From: Eledone cirrhosa | Taxonomy: Eukaryota | Length of the DNA stretch: 64,000 nucleotides | Direction: 5' to 3' | Assembly (NCBI GenBank): GCA_964016885.1 | Contig: OZ024748.1 | Span: forward strand, 7,626,001 to 7,690,000 | In this document: positions 24,349 to 37,900 of the stretch, piece after piece | Layout: every line of letters begins with the position of its first letter | Position numbering within the stretch: the first letter of the stretch is position 1 | The notes under the pieces: model-generated | What the model was told of the DNA's origin: nothing | The model's database searches: none | Seen by the model: only the letters and a program-made list of their open reading frames with translations | Made by a program: the position numbers and the translations under genes

Positions 24349-27300
24349 TGTAGTATCAATGTGGTAGAATTATCCAAGGGCAAGAGCACTCAGTCCATAG
24401 GACGAGTTAAGTATATTTAGTTATGACAGAGACATATACAGGTATTTTAGTTTCGTTGGGTTATACACCCCAACTGATTCAGCCTGTTATATAAAAAGAA
24501 AATGGCTACCTCCACAGGTTTTGAGCCATTTCCTTCTTATATATCAGGTTGAATGATTTGGGGTGTATAACCCAACGAACCTTAAGTACCTGTATACGTC
24601 ACTGCCACACTGTAAAGTGGTTGTGATAGCAACAACAAAAACACCCACCCCACAATGTAATTTGGTTATGATGACACAGCAAAAACCTCCCAGCCCACAC
24701 TGTAAAGTAGTCATGTAGGTGTCACGACAAAAAGCACCCAGTCTAGACTGTAGAGTGGTGGTGATGACATGGTAAAAAGCTCCCAGTCCACACTGTAAAG
24801 TGGTCATGTTGGTGACAACAAAAAGCACCCAGCCCACACTGTAAAGTGGTCATGTTGGTGACACAACAAAAAGTACCCAGCCCACACTGTAAATGTGGTT
24901 GGCGTTAGGAAGGGCATCCAGCTGTAGAAACCAAGCCAGAAACAGTTCTGTATAAGCAAAACATGTATTGGGTGCTTTATTTCATGGCATTGACCCTTTT
25001 ATAGGTATTTTATCATATCACCAGCACTAGAAAGGTTATCAGTGGTTCCTCAGACTGTAGGGGCCTCTCAGATTCTATATTGTTTCTGTTCACTACATTA
25101 ATTTAACTATATGATAATTATCATCATCATCATTTAATGTCCACTTTCCACACTAGCATGAGTTAGACGGGTTGTCCCATTTGAGGCAAGTTGGATCAGG
25201 TGACCATGTCTTGCTCATACAGAACTGTTTCTGGCAGGATTTCTCCAGCTAAATGCCCTTTCTAACGCCAACCACATTTCCAGTGTGGGCTTGGTGCTTT
25301 TTGTAATTATATTGATAAATATATAAAATATTTGATAAAACATTATTTCTAAATGTTGTTTTATATATTTTTTAAAGGACTTTTATGTGTTGAATTACTG
25401 GGAGAAGCTGCTACCAAGCTGGCGGGATTGTTTTCAAAAGATGACCCCTTCACATATTGCACAGCTTCTTACACCAAACAGTATCACTAAAAACAAGTGA
25501 GAAATATTCATTATTGATTGTCTAACCATCATCATCATCATCATCGTTTAACGTCCATCTTCCACGCTAGCATGGATTAGACGGGTTTGTCCCATTTCAG
25601 GCAAGTTTGGTTGGGTGACTATGTCTCACTCATATAGGCCTGTTTCTGGCTGGTTTTCTACGGGTGGATGCCCTAATGAAAATGTTTGTATATAGTGCTC
25701 AGGTGCACTACAAATCATCAAAGGTGCATGTATAGTACATAGAATAATGTGCAAATGTCAGGAAAGTGAATAGTGTATGAGTCATGATATAGACACAGAC
25801 ACGTGTGTATGGAGGAGGAATATCAGGTGTAGTGTTGGCAAATTTCAGGAAGCATGGAAATTTTGAAGGATGCAGTGTCCCAACAGCTAACAACTGATGC
25901 AGGTAGTTTGTTCCATGGAAGTTTTGAAGGCTGCAGTGTCCCGACAGCTAACAACTGATGCGGGTAGTTTGTTCCATGGAAGTTTTGAAGGCTGCAGTGT
26001 CCCGACAGCTAACAACTGATGCGGGTAGTTTGTTCCATGGAAGTTTTGAAGGCTGCAGTGTCCCGACAGCTAACAACTGATGCGGGTAGTTTGTTCCATG
26101 GAAGTTTTGAAGGCTGCAGTGTCCCGACAGCTAACAACTGATGCAGGTAGTTTGTTCCATGGAAGTTTTGAAGGCTGCAGTGTCCCGACAGCTAACAACT
26201 GATGTGGGTAGTTTGTTCCATGGAAGTTTTAAAGGCTGTAGTGTCTTGACAGCTAACAACTAATGCAGCTGGTTGGTTCCATGGAAGTTTTGAAGGCTGC
26301 AGTGTCCGGACAGCTAACAACTGATGCAGGTAGTTTGTTCCATGCTTCAGCAACTCTGATTTCTAATTGTGGCACAAGGCCAGCAATTTGAGGGAAGGGG
26401 AAAAATCGATTTTATTAACTCCATAACCCCAAACTTTCTTAGGAACCATTATTGTATTGTTGTTTAGGTGTTGTGTCAGTTTGTTTTATAGTTTTTATTC
26501 ATAAATATGTCAGACTCCATGCTTTATGTTGTGAGTTCAAATTCCACCGAGGTTAGCTTTGCCTGTCATCTTTACTGGGTCAATAAAATAAAGTACCAGT
26601 AATGCATTGGAGTTCATTTAATTGACTCTCCTGTTCTTCAAATTGCTGGCCTTGTGCTAAATTTAGAAACAATTCATCATCATCATCTTTTATAAGTGCA
26701 TGTATAACATAATATAATAAAAGAAACCTTGTTTTTTTTTTGGAACAGCATAATATTGCCCCTGTCTCTTTTGGCCTATCGTTCCTGTACTCAGAGTTTG
26801 TCATTGAAAAGGACTGTGACATCAGATAAAGAGCTCAATTCTGTACTAGAAGCTCTAACTTCTAATGTACATCAGAACATATCAACTCAGCTACCAACCA
26901 TGTCCCAAGTGACCGATGATCCAATAGTTATTTCAAATATTCAATACAGTGGTGGTCAATATATATCTCTAGATGCACAATATCGGAAACATGTGAAGCC
27001 TAAAAAGCAACATGAGATACACCAGATGTCAAAAGTATGTACTCACAATATATTTTTATTTTGTCTCATACATACATATATGTACATCATCATCATCATC
27101 ATCATTTTAACGTCCATTTTCCACGCTAGCATGGGTTAAATGGGTTGTCCCATTAGAGGCAAGATTAGTCAGGTGACCGTGTCTTGTTCATATAGGACTG
27201 TTTCTGGCTAGGTTTCTACAGCTGGATGCCCTTCCTATCACCAACCACATTTACATTGTGTGCTGGGTGCTTTTTATTGTGACACCTACACGACCACTTT

Positions 27301-30300
27301 GCAGTGTAGACTGGGTGTTTTTTGTTGTGACACCTACACCTTACAGTGTGGGCTGGGTGCTTTTTGTTGTGACTCCTATACAACCACTTTACAGTGTATG
27401 CTGGGTGCTTTTTGCTGTGACTCCTATACAACCACTTTACAGTGTATGCTGGGTGCTTTTTGTTGTGACTCCTATACAACCACTTTACAGTGTATGCTGG
27501 GTGCTTTTTGTTGTGACTCCTATACAACCACTTTACAGGGCTGAGTGATTTTATATTAATTATATATGTGTAATTATAACTGAATTAAAATTAGTGATAT
27601 TTTGATGTTGTAGGTGATCGGCAACTTGTGTGAGATCCTTAAGTATGACAAAGTAGTGGACATTGGTGCTGGTCTAGGTCACTTGTCCAGACTATTGAAC
27701 TTCAAATATAATCTGACCGTCACAACTGTAGAAGCTGCTACTGGACATGCCGCTAAAGCACACAAGTTTGATTTGTAAGTTTTTATGTTGTTACTTAACA
27801 ATGTTAATTTTTTGCAAATATATTTTCTTTCTTTTTTTTTTACTATTTTAACCCTTTAGTATTTAAACTGGCCTTATCCGGCCAGAATTCTCTCTCCTTT
27901 TTCTGTTTAAACTGGTCATAACCAACCGCTCATACCGATATTAGGTATTGCTCTCTCATAAATTTGATATTATGTAAGGTAAAGCCTTTACCTTGAAAAT
28001 ACAATAGTAAATATAGAGTAATGTAAATGATAATGGTTTAATTCTCAATATCCTTTATAGTAAAAAAAATTTGATGAAACTCCTAACTTTCTCAAATTCA
28101 AAATTCCACTCATCATTTAAAAAAAGTGGAGTCACTTTTTTTTACATTGTATCCAAACCACCTCATTCCATATGACCCTTTTAAGTCAGTAGGTTATGAT
28201 TTGAGGGGAAATTAGTTGCTATTTTTAACCAACCAGGTGACCACATATAAGGATAAAATGAGAAAACTTCTATGATTTTTTTCATCCTTTTCTAAGTTTG
28301 TTCTAATTTTCGGCAAAACTGTCTCTTAATATTTTGATGGAATTCATAAAAAAAGATTCAATATTCTAGAGACCTCCGAGACATTATGAAGAAGAAAAGG
28401 AAAATTCAAGATTCACAGCAAAAGGTTTGTTTTACAAATTTATACCATTTTCCATTTAACCCTTCACCAACCACTTTATAGCATCTTACTAATTAACATA
28501 AATTATTCTTATTAACATCATTTTTTTTAACAGGACTCCATTATTAAATTCTCTTTCATTTCTATTAACAGACAGAAGGTTCCATTGGTGACAACACAGA
28601 AAACAACCTGAGCCATGGTGTAAACAATTCTTCAAAGCTTGTGACGTCACAATGTAACATTGGTGACAACTCAACAACACAATTTACAGTTAGTGACAAC
28701 ACAACAACATCACAATGTACTATTGGTGACATCACAACAACACAATGTAACATTAGTGACAACACAACATCACAATATAACATTGGTGACAACACAACAA
28801 CACAATATAACATTGGTGACATCACAACAACACAATGTAACATTAGTGACAATACAACATCACAATATAACATTGGTGACAACACAACATCACAATATAA
28901 CATTAGTGACAACACAACATCACAATATAACATTGGTGACAACACATCACAATATAACATTAGTGACAACACATCACAATATAACATTAGTGACAACACA
29001 ACAACAACACAATATAACATTGATGACAACACAACAACACAGTATAACATTGGTGACATCACAACAATATCACAATGTACCAATGATGACATCACAACAA
29101 CACAATGTAACATTGATGACATAACAACACCACCACAATATAACATTAGGGACAACACAACAACACCACAATGTAACATTGGTGACAACACAGGAAAGTC
29201 TATGACATCTGATATAAACAATACTTCAAAACAAATGACATCACTACCTAACCATGTGATTTACCAAGTTGTAAATAATATTTCTACAAACGATTTCCTC
29301 CATTTACTACAAACACCAACTACTTCTTATAAATCTGATTCTAATGAAAAAGTTGATTTATTTGACTCTAATTTTGAAGAGCGTTACATACCAAAAGAAG
29401 ATAATAATGTCAGTTTACGTAATAATTATGATACTTTGGGAAGTATTAAAGAAAAAAATGTGTTACCGTCAGCTTCCCAAAAGTCTTCAGAATATGAACA
29501 AATTCATAGAACATGTTCAGAATCTAATTTAGACCAAGAAAATTCTCCAAAATTCTGTAGTAAACTTTCCAATTCTCCTAATTTTCTTGACGAGAAATTA
29601 ATGTTGAAAGAATCAAATATTGATACAGATCAACTTGTTCTGTGTGGGTTACATGCCTGTGGTGACTTAACAACAACTATCATCCACATGTTTACAAAGA
29701 CTAAAGATATTTCTGCTCTTGCCATTGTTGGTTGTTGTTACATGAAACTCACCACGTCCAGGTAAATAAAATAGATTATATTTTGTTTTAGAACTCTGTT
29801 AATTGCTGTTATAAATAGGTGTAAATATCATAATGGCGACGAGTGTTCAAGTTGATCCGATCAATGGAACAGTCTGCTCATGAAATTAACATGAAAGTGG
29901 CTGAGCATTCTACAGACATATGTATCCTTAATAAAGTTCTCAGGGAGATTCGGCATGACACAGAATGTGACAAGGTTGGCCCTTCAAATTACATGTATGA
30001 CTCATATCTGCCAACTGAGTGGACTGGAGCAACATGAAATAAAGTGTCTTGCTCAAGGACACAATGTGCCACCAGGAATCAAACTCATGACCTTACGATT
30101 GTGAGTGGAATACCCTAACTACAAACCTACGCACCTTCACAAATATCATTGGTTAAAAACTTACATAAACCCAGTTCCAGACCCCATTTTAAAAATATTC
30201 TGTAGTTAAGATTTCTTTTCATGGAGCCCACATGGCTAAATATGGCCTTAAATCATTTGTTGTGCCGATATATAAAGATTTCTTTTCATGGAACCCACAT

Positions 30301-32666
30301 GGCTAAAGATGGCCTTAAATCATTTGTTGTGCCGATATATAAAGGTTTCTATGATTTACTTTGTTCTCTTGTTCAGAAAAATCTCCATTGTTTTTGTCAT
30401 TGCTTAATATTTTATCAAACAGTAATTATCGATCATGTTTGTTTGTTACCAGTGATAGTTCATTACCTGATGATGCTAATTATGGCTACCCAATGAGTCA
30501 ACATTTACAAACATTACATCACCATTTGACATATGAAGCAAGAGAGCTCGCCTGCCATTTTCTGGATTCATATCACAAAAGATTACTTGGTAAGGAATGT
30601 AAAACAAAGAACAAAGAATGTTTCTATATTTCACTTTCCTGGCATTTGTACTTTATTCTATGTACTTTACGTTCACTTTTGATGAGTTGTGCATCTGAGC
30701 ACTGTACCCAATAATTTTCATTATTATTTCAAATACACCACTACTTTTTTTCCTGTTGAAGAAACTCTGTCCCCCAAAAAGTATATTGGTGAAAGCTTTG
30801 GTAATAGATTTATGAGGAAAAAAAAACATATTATAGTTTGAAACGTTGCCTCCAAAGTATAGTCTACCCTACTATACATAGTTACACCAGTACCACAGGA
30901 CCACCGACTGGTCAACATCTAGTCGGTGGTCCTGTGGTTAGTTAGTGAGTCTATGCTTCAGAGGCAAGGTTTCAATCCTTGCTATAAATTTATATTAAAA
31001 ATAATTTAATATATCTTAGATTATATGAATTTCTTATAAGAATACACTTATATTTAACCTTGCTAAATTTTATTGAATTAATTTAAATATGTCTTGAATT
31101 ATTATTTATTTTTTCTTCAGAGAATATGCCAAGTCTTCGCAGACACTGGTACCGCGCTGCTTTACAGTGTGTGGTGAAAGCAATCGAACCTAATTTCCAA
31201 CATGGCTGTATAAAAATATCAATTAAAAATGTGGAGAAGTTGTCATTTGAAGCGTAAGTGTCTTCTATCTTGAAGTTCTTTATCTTTTTCTTTAGAGAAT
31301 ATGTCAAACATTTACAGACATTGGTAACATACTTCTTTACATTGATAACTGGGAAAACAAACATTAAATAATATTTATATTGTAAATATATATCAGTTAT
31401 TATGATCATGTCATCGAGGTGGAATAATGTAGTAGATAGAGCTACATAGGTATTAAATAGAGCTATATATATGGTATGACAGGTACTATGTGTAATGTAA
31501 TAGATAGAGCTATATGATATGATAGGTTCTAAATAGAACTATGTGATATGACATGTACTATGTGTAATGTAATAGATAGAGCTATATGATATGACAGGTA
31601 CTAAATATAATGTAATTGTGCTATATACTAAGTATAATTAACTGTGAACAAATTAGAGAAGTAGCAGCTCTACCTGGAGTGATTCTCTGAGCTACATACA
31701 TCAACTAAATTAGGGAAAATTAATTTGAAATGTTGAAATTCAAACACAAATTCACTAGTGATAATAGCATAAGAAAATATCGGGTAAAATACCCTTAGAA
31801 ACAGAAAATAAGGGGCCACTTATTTTCTATCTTTAAGGATTTTTTACCTGATTTTATGACACTATTATAATATTGAATGTGTTTGGATTTCAACATTTTT
31901 AATATCCAATCAGCCAAACACTGATAAATCATAAGAAAATTGTCTTTAAAAAATATATATTCTACTTTTGAATATTATCTCACATAAAATTGATTGTTTT
32001 TGTAGGTACTTGGAGAAAGCACTGAAATCTCTTGGATTCAACATATCACAAGTTCCTTCCAATGTTATAGATCAATGTAAAACAACTGAAGATCAATGGA
32101 AAGATGTAGTTTGTCTTTATACAGTTCGTCTTTGTATTGCACCAGTCATTGAAACACTTCTGTTGCTTGACAGAATGCTCTACATTTTAGAATTAGGTAA
32201 CATTTTCTGTCTTTGAGAAATCCCAAACAAAAACCAATTTTATTTAACCCTTTAGCATTTAAACCGGCCATATCTGGCCAGAATTCTCTTACCTCTTTCT
32301 GTTCAAACTGGCTGTAACCAGCTGCTCATACTGATATTAAGATATTGTTCTCAAAATAAATAATATCAAAATCTCATAGATTTGATATTATGTGAGATAA
32401 AGCCTTTACCGTGAAAATGGAATAGTAAATATAGAGTAATGTAAATGTTGTGCGAGATATTACCATGAAAATAGAATAGTAAATATAGAGTAATGTAAAT
32501 GGTAAAGAGTTAAACAACTAGATTTGTCTCATAATTAATCATATTAGTTTTATTTTCTGACAATATTTTTCATATTTCAGGTATACCTTGTGCTCTGGTA
32601 CCAATATTTGAGCCTCTTCTGTCTCCCAGAAACTTCATACTACTTGCTGCCAAAGTACCACATTGA
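23220..32666 (+). CDS. METTL25B: Methyltransferase-like 25B / RRNAD1 (SAM-dependent methyltransferase), 10 coding exons, 825 aa including a repeat insertion
   Basis: Exons (plus): 23220-23339, 25378-25496, 26749-27034, 27614-27774, 28370-28424, 28572-29761, 30453-30589, 31121-31253, 32006-32196, 32581-32666; total 2478 nt, phases consistent. Motifs: LPLSLLA, KHVKPKKQHEI, SAM motif I VVDIGAGLGHLSR, GLHACGDL, VGCCYMKL, GYPMS, RELACH, APVIETLLLLDR, PIFEPLLSPRN. Confidence 0.93.
23943..24012 (-). ncRNA. Minimal type-I hammerhead ribozyme motif (family A, best-preserved copy)
   Basis: Minus strand reads TATTTTAT-CTGATGA-GAACACAA...TTGTATTC-GAAA-TGCGCA-TA-ATAAAATA, with a G10.1-C11.1 pair and palindromic stem III. 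It lies antisense in METTL25B intron 1. Confidence 0.8.
24145..24310. repeat. Short fold-back repeat family (GGGAGGGTCATGT arms); copies at 40553-40900 and 51378-51480
   Basis: TTATACTTTGGGAGGGTCATGTTG / CAACATGACCCTCCCAAAGTATAA inverted arms. Confidence 0.65.
24431..24600. repeat. Degenerate palindrome with hammerhead-like motif in each arm (family D)
   Basis: Consensus of the arms is ACAGG-CTGA(A)TGA-GTTGGG..CCCAAC-GAAAC-TTAA-GTA-CCTGT. Each arm has core mismatches. Confidence 0.7.
25853..26344. repeat. 61-bp minisatellite, ~8 copies, derived from a LINE-like fragment
   Basis: CATGGAAGTTTTGAAGGCTGCAGTGTCCCGACAGCTAACAACTGATGCGGGTAGTTTGTTC. Confidence 0.93.
27255..27538. repeat. ~51-bp tandem repeat of a SINE/RTE tail subunit; similar arrays at 24605-24900 and 32975-33170
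   Basis: GCTGGGTGCTTTTTGTTGTGACTCCTATACAACCACTTTACAGTGTAT-like units. Confidence 0.8.
27852..28037 (+). mobile_element. piggyBac-type MITE copy
   Basis: TTAA-CCCTTTAGTATTTAAACTGGCC...GTAAATGATAATGGT-TTAA; same family as 32248-32509. Confidence 0.65.
28641..29190 (+). repeat. Coding minisatellite (27-33 bp, 18 units) within METTL25B exon 6
   Basis: AACACAACATCACAATATAACATTGGTGAC units translating as NTTSQYNIGD. Confidence 0.92.
32248..32509 (+). mobile_element. piggyBac-type MITE (TTAA TSD)
   Basis: TTAA-CCCTTTAGCATTTA...TAAATGGTAAAGAG-TTAA. Other copies at 27852-28037, 51763-52951, and partial at 12072-12190 and 5494-5570. Confidence 0.75.
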
Positions 32667-33483
32667 TAATATTGATATAATCATTTTCTACACAACCAAA
32701 ACATGCCGGATAATTCTGTGGATGATGTTAATGTTTCAGGTACATTCTTGTTTTCTTGATCAGAGTTAAATATAGACACTCATCATCATTGCAGCTTTAT
32801 ACCTGTTTATCACGATGGTATGGGTTGGACAAGTTGTCCTGTTCTGAGACTAGACCAGTTGGATAACCATCTAAGTACTATTACCTTCTGTTTTGGTATG
32901 GTTTCTATGGCTGAATACCCTCCCTAATGCTTACAATTTTGCAGCATATACTGGCTGCATTTTAACATACTAGGTATATTGTATTGTGGTACCAGCACTA
33001 CCATTTTACAGTGTGTAGTGGGCACATTTTATTGTGGTACCAGCACTACCACTTTACCGTGTGTACTAAGTGCATTTTATTGTGGTACCAACACTACCAC
33101 TTTACCGTGTGTACTAGGCACATTTTATTGTGGTATCAGCACTACCACTTTACAGTGTGTACTGGGTGCAATTTAAAAAGTTATTTTCTTTAAAGTATTT
33201 TTTCCAGACAAGGCAAGGTGACATGGAAAATGACATGAGTGTTTTGTAAAGTTTAACCCATCCTTATATAGAGTTATGACAGACATGTCCAATGTCCATT
33301 TACTGTGAATAGGGGTTAATTAGAGGCTACAAGGAAAATAAATGTTGTCATGGTGAGACAACTAAGATATTTTAATTAAATCTAAAAATGGGAAGCAGTG
33401 GTGTTTGATATGGTGACAATTGTGGACAGGTTGCAGTCTTCCTTAGTTTACGAGTGTCTGTTGTAACTTCATAGTTCAGTACA

Positions 33484-34118
33484 GTGTAGCTGCTGCTGTA
33501 AACCTTAGGTGACTAGTGAGAAGTTTGTGTAGCTGTTACTGTAAACCTTAGGTAACTAGTGAGAAGTAGATGAGGTATTTGTGTGGCTGTTACTGTAAAC
33601 CTTAGGTAACTAGAGAAGTAGATGAGGTATTTGTGTGGCTGTTACTGTAAACCTTAGGTAACTAGAGAAGTAGATGAGGTATTTGTGTGGCTGCTACTGT
33701 AAACCTTAGGTAACTAGGGAGGTAGATGAGGTATTTGTGTGGTTGCTACTGTAAACCTTAGGTAACTAGGGAAGTAGATGAGGTATTTGTGTGGCTGCTG
33801 CTGTAAACCTTAGGTAACTAGAGAAGTAGATGAGATATTTGTGTGGTTGCTACTGTAAACCTTAGGTAACTAGGGAAGTAGATGAGGTATTTGTGTGGCT
33901 GCTGCTGTAAACCTTAGGTAACTAGGGAAGTAGATGAGATATTTGTGTGGTTGTTACTAAGTGACTAGCAAGGTAGATGAGATATTTGTGTGGTTGTTAC
34001 TAAGTGACTAGCAAGGTAGATGAGATATTTGTGTGGTTGTTACTAAGTGACTAGCAAGGTAGATGAGATATTTGTGTGGTTGTTACTAAGTGACTAGCAA
34101 GGTAGATGAAGTATTTGT
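33484..34118. repeat. 52-bp minisatellite grading into a 43-bp derivative
   Basis: CTGTAAACCTTAGGTAACTAGAGAAGTAGATGAGGTATTTGTGTGGCTGTTA, then AGTGACTAGCAAGGTAGATGAGATATTTGTGTGGTTGTTACTA. Confidence 0.9.
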
Positions 34119-34901
34119 GAATCAACACAAAGAGGTATTAGAAATGAAAAGAAGGATGGAAAAATATTCAATTCATTCAGTAAATTAATATTCTCATCTC
34201 TAAAGGCATAATTTTAATTAATTAAAATTTCTTGGTTTGCTAGAGTCTACTTTATTTTAAAGTTTTCATGTAGCAAGCATCAGCATCATTCGTCTTTCTG
34301 TACCTGCATGGGTTGGACAAGTCTTTTCCATCACAACTTCCTTCCACTCATTGAGTTCTTTTGTCATCTCCTCTGTTAGTTTCAGTTATTTTAAATCCAA
34401 TATATATAGAAAAGTAGTTTGTGGAGCTGTGTTTTTGAGACCCTTACTTTAAATAATAATTACAATATATATAAGAAAGTAATTTGTAGGGCCTCACGTG
34501 GTCCATGAGCCAGGTGTTTTGAGACCCCTACTTTAAATAATAATCACAATATATATTTTAATTTTGTTTTATTATAAAGTCTTTGAAATAATATGTCACG
34601 CAGTTCAATGCATCAAATGTAAATAAGTTTATATTGGTTTTTGTATATATTTTTTAGTAGTATTGATATACATACATATCATAACATGTTTTATTGATGG
34701 CTTAGCTATGGAGGACTTACAGCAGTTTGAAACCTTTGAACTTCATCAATATCTAAGTTATAACAATATAAATTAAAACAATCAGATATTTTCGATAAGT
34801 GATTCTTACAATTCTTTTGTAGATACTTTTTTTTTCAGAATAAGTTTTAAGTGTGAAAGTCTCTGAAAGAATTGAAATCAAGCCTTTCAATGTAGATCTT
34901 T

Positions 34902-37900
34902 TTATTTTGCTGACTGAATCTGGGGAAGACCAAATTCGTCCACTGGTACACTGTCCTAAAAGACAAAATAAACATAATTTAATGTTAAATATTTGCTAAG
35001 TTAGAAATCTTTTGTTCATCATCATAATTTTGTGTGTTTTCATTTTGAACAAGGTGGATGGGTCATTGTAGACCAAGTCAATACTTAATTAGAGATACTG
35101 ATCTGTGGAGGCCTTATCTTGCTTACATATGTTCTCACACTCTGCAGAGTGTATCAGGTGTATTTTATCATGGCATCAATACTAGAAAGGTTATCATATA
35201 TTTAACACAATTGAAGAGTCCCCTCTAACCTTTGTTTGGCAAGATTTCTATGGCTGGATGACCTTCCTATCACCAACCACTTTATAGATACATGTAAATT
35301 AATATCTTCTTCTTCGCTTGCTTAATCCTGGGAGGGTCGTTGGGGCAGAGTCCTCAAACACTCCTTCCAGCAGGTCCTGTCAGAAGCAACCATCTCCAAC
35401 TGATCCGGCTGGATCTGCAAACGAGACCAGGCCAAGCTCATGGATGTTATCCAACCATCTTGCTCGGGGTCTACCTCTGGGTCTCCTGCCGGTTGGTTTT
35501 TGCCCATAAAATCTGTCCAACGATTCTTTCCTGAGCTATTCTAACCACATGCCCATAGTATCAGAGCTGTGATATCCCAATTTGTAAAATGTAAATGACA
35601 AAATATTTCATATGAAATGAAGATGAAATGTTTTCCTTACCTTAGAACTATCAATACCTGGTTCACTCGTAGGTACACTAGGTGTAGCAACAGCATCATC
35701 TAAGTAAGAGGTATCAGCATCTAATTCAATTTCATCACCAAGTGCATCAAGCTCAGCCTCTAATTCTGAATCATCAATTTCAGGCATGCCATAACTACGA
35801 CCCATGATTTCTTGTATTTCACCTGCTTGTTCAGTGAGATCTTCCAGTTCGTCTTGTAGATCCTAAATACAGAACAAAATATTAAATAAAATTGTTATTT
35901 TTCAAGTAATTCACATCATCATCGTGTAACGTCTATTTTCCATGCTTACGAGATGGGTTCTCACATTATGAGACATGTCAGGTCAGATGACCGTGTCTTG
36001 CTCATACGGATCTGTTTCAGGCTTGATTTATATGGCTGGATGCTCTTTTTAATGCCAACCAGATTACAGCATAGACGGTGCTTTTTATCATGGCACCAAA
36101 ACAGCTATGATAGCCTGGACTGGGTGTGTTTTTTGTTGTGCTTATTTTTTCGGCTACCAGCACTACCATTTTACAGGGTGGACTGGATGTGTTTTATTGT
36201 TGCACCATACACAAAAATATGATAGTGAAGTCAACTTCTTAGCTACACAGCCATACTTACACCATACATGGTGGACCTCTTAGCTACAGTCATACTTACA
36301 CCGTACAATATGGTGATGAAGTAGACTTCTTACCCACACAGCCATGTTTGTGCCATACACAATATGGTGAAGGAATACTTGCGCCATACACAAGCAAGCT
36401 TTTAAGACTACAATAAAATACATATCAAGAATGCCACTTACTTCAATATCATCAACTTTGACATGTTTGTATGCCTTCTTGAACTCTTTCACTCCACCCT
36501 TCATTGCATCAACCTGAAATAGGAAAAATAGATAGCAATTAATTATTGATTTGCATATGATTACTATGTTGATTACTAACGTGTGGAAGTGCTTAAAGAT
36601 AAGAATGATAGTTTAATAATCTATTTTCAGGATATAATTACATAAATGTTCAACATGTATGTAGAAATGACATACAGGATTAAATGTATGAGTAACCTTG
36701 GAGAAATAACTATTTACAGGGACAAATATAGGGTTAGAACCCAGGACCTTGTGACTGGAAAGTGAGCTTCTTAATGTATGTTTGTGTGTGTAAATTTTAA
36801 AGGGTTACAGACAGATACATATATAAATATACAAACACATAAACAAAGACATATTATTATATATATAGTATATTTTAAACTCAAAGACACAATTTATCAC
36901 ATTACCGTTGTTTTAGTATCTTTTAGTGACTGGATGGCAAAATTCTGCTGTTCCAAATTGAACGATTGGTTATCAAGTTGTTCTCGCTGTTGTTCATACC
37001 TGGAAAAGATATATATGTATATGTGTGTGTATATATATATATATATTGAATTTCTGAAATATTCATTAAGATTCATTGGTAAATATGTTCACATATTTTC
37101 TACAGATATTGAAAGCCAATGTAGACCAAATGTGAGTGTGTAGTGGGCCGTCACATTTATACTGACTTTGAATTAAGAATATCTTACTGATTTGATAACC
37201 CATACATATAATAGATGAAGATGTAAATATATAATAGATGGAGGTCAAATTATCTTGACTGAAGAGGCGGGATAGGATAGAGAAGGTAAGAAGGATGATA
37301 AGCATAGTGTCATGGGTGGGTGATAATAGGTGGGGTGTGGGTGGGTTGAGGATAATGTATAATGTGATGGATATATGACAGGTTGGGTGGGTAATGTGAG
37401 AGTGGGGTTGGGTTGATCTCAGATAGGGTGGAGGGATACTGTGATGATGAGAACAACTAGGAGTGGTGTGGCAGCATTTAAAAAATAAATATAATGCAAT
37501 GTTTAGTTTTGTTTTCACAGTCCCTCATTAGTATTTAGTAGATTTAAAAAACCCAAAAGTGATAACCAGTTTATTTTCATATTTCAACATCAAATATACT
37601 CACATCTTTTTTTGTTTCAATACTCTCATTGCCTTTTGTTTCACAGTATTCTGAAAATAGAGTAAACACATCATAATGAAAAACTTTAGATTCACTGAAC
37701 AAAGCATCACTTCCTCTAACAGCATCAATAAAGTTGAAAGTTTAGCAGAAACCAACAAAAATACTCACCATTTCAAATTATCCTTTGCCACTAAAAACAA
37801 CCTTACACACACACACACATATATCTATATATGCTTCCCGAAATACGCCAAAACTACACCTGATGTACCCCTTCCATACACATGCACACATGTGTATCAT

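Noticed and set aside
25853-26344. Possible CRISPR-like arrays (also 33484, 53682, 63216)
   Set aside because: Head-to-tail repeats without unique spacers, no cas genes, and a eukaryotic context.
28565-29221. 218 aa antisense ORF
   Set aside because: Shadow of the METTL25B coding repeat.
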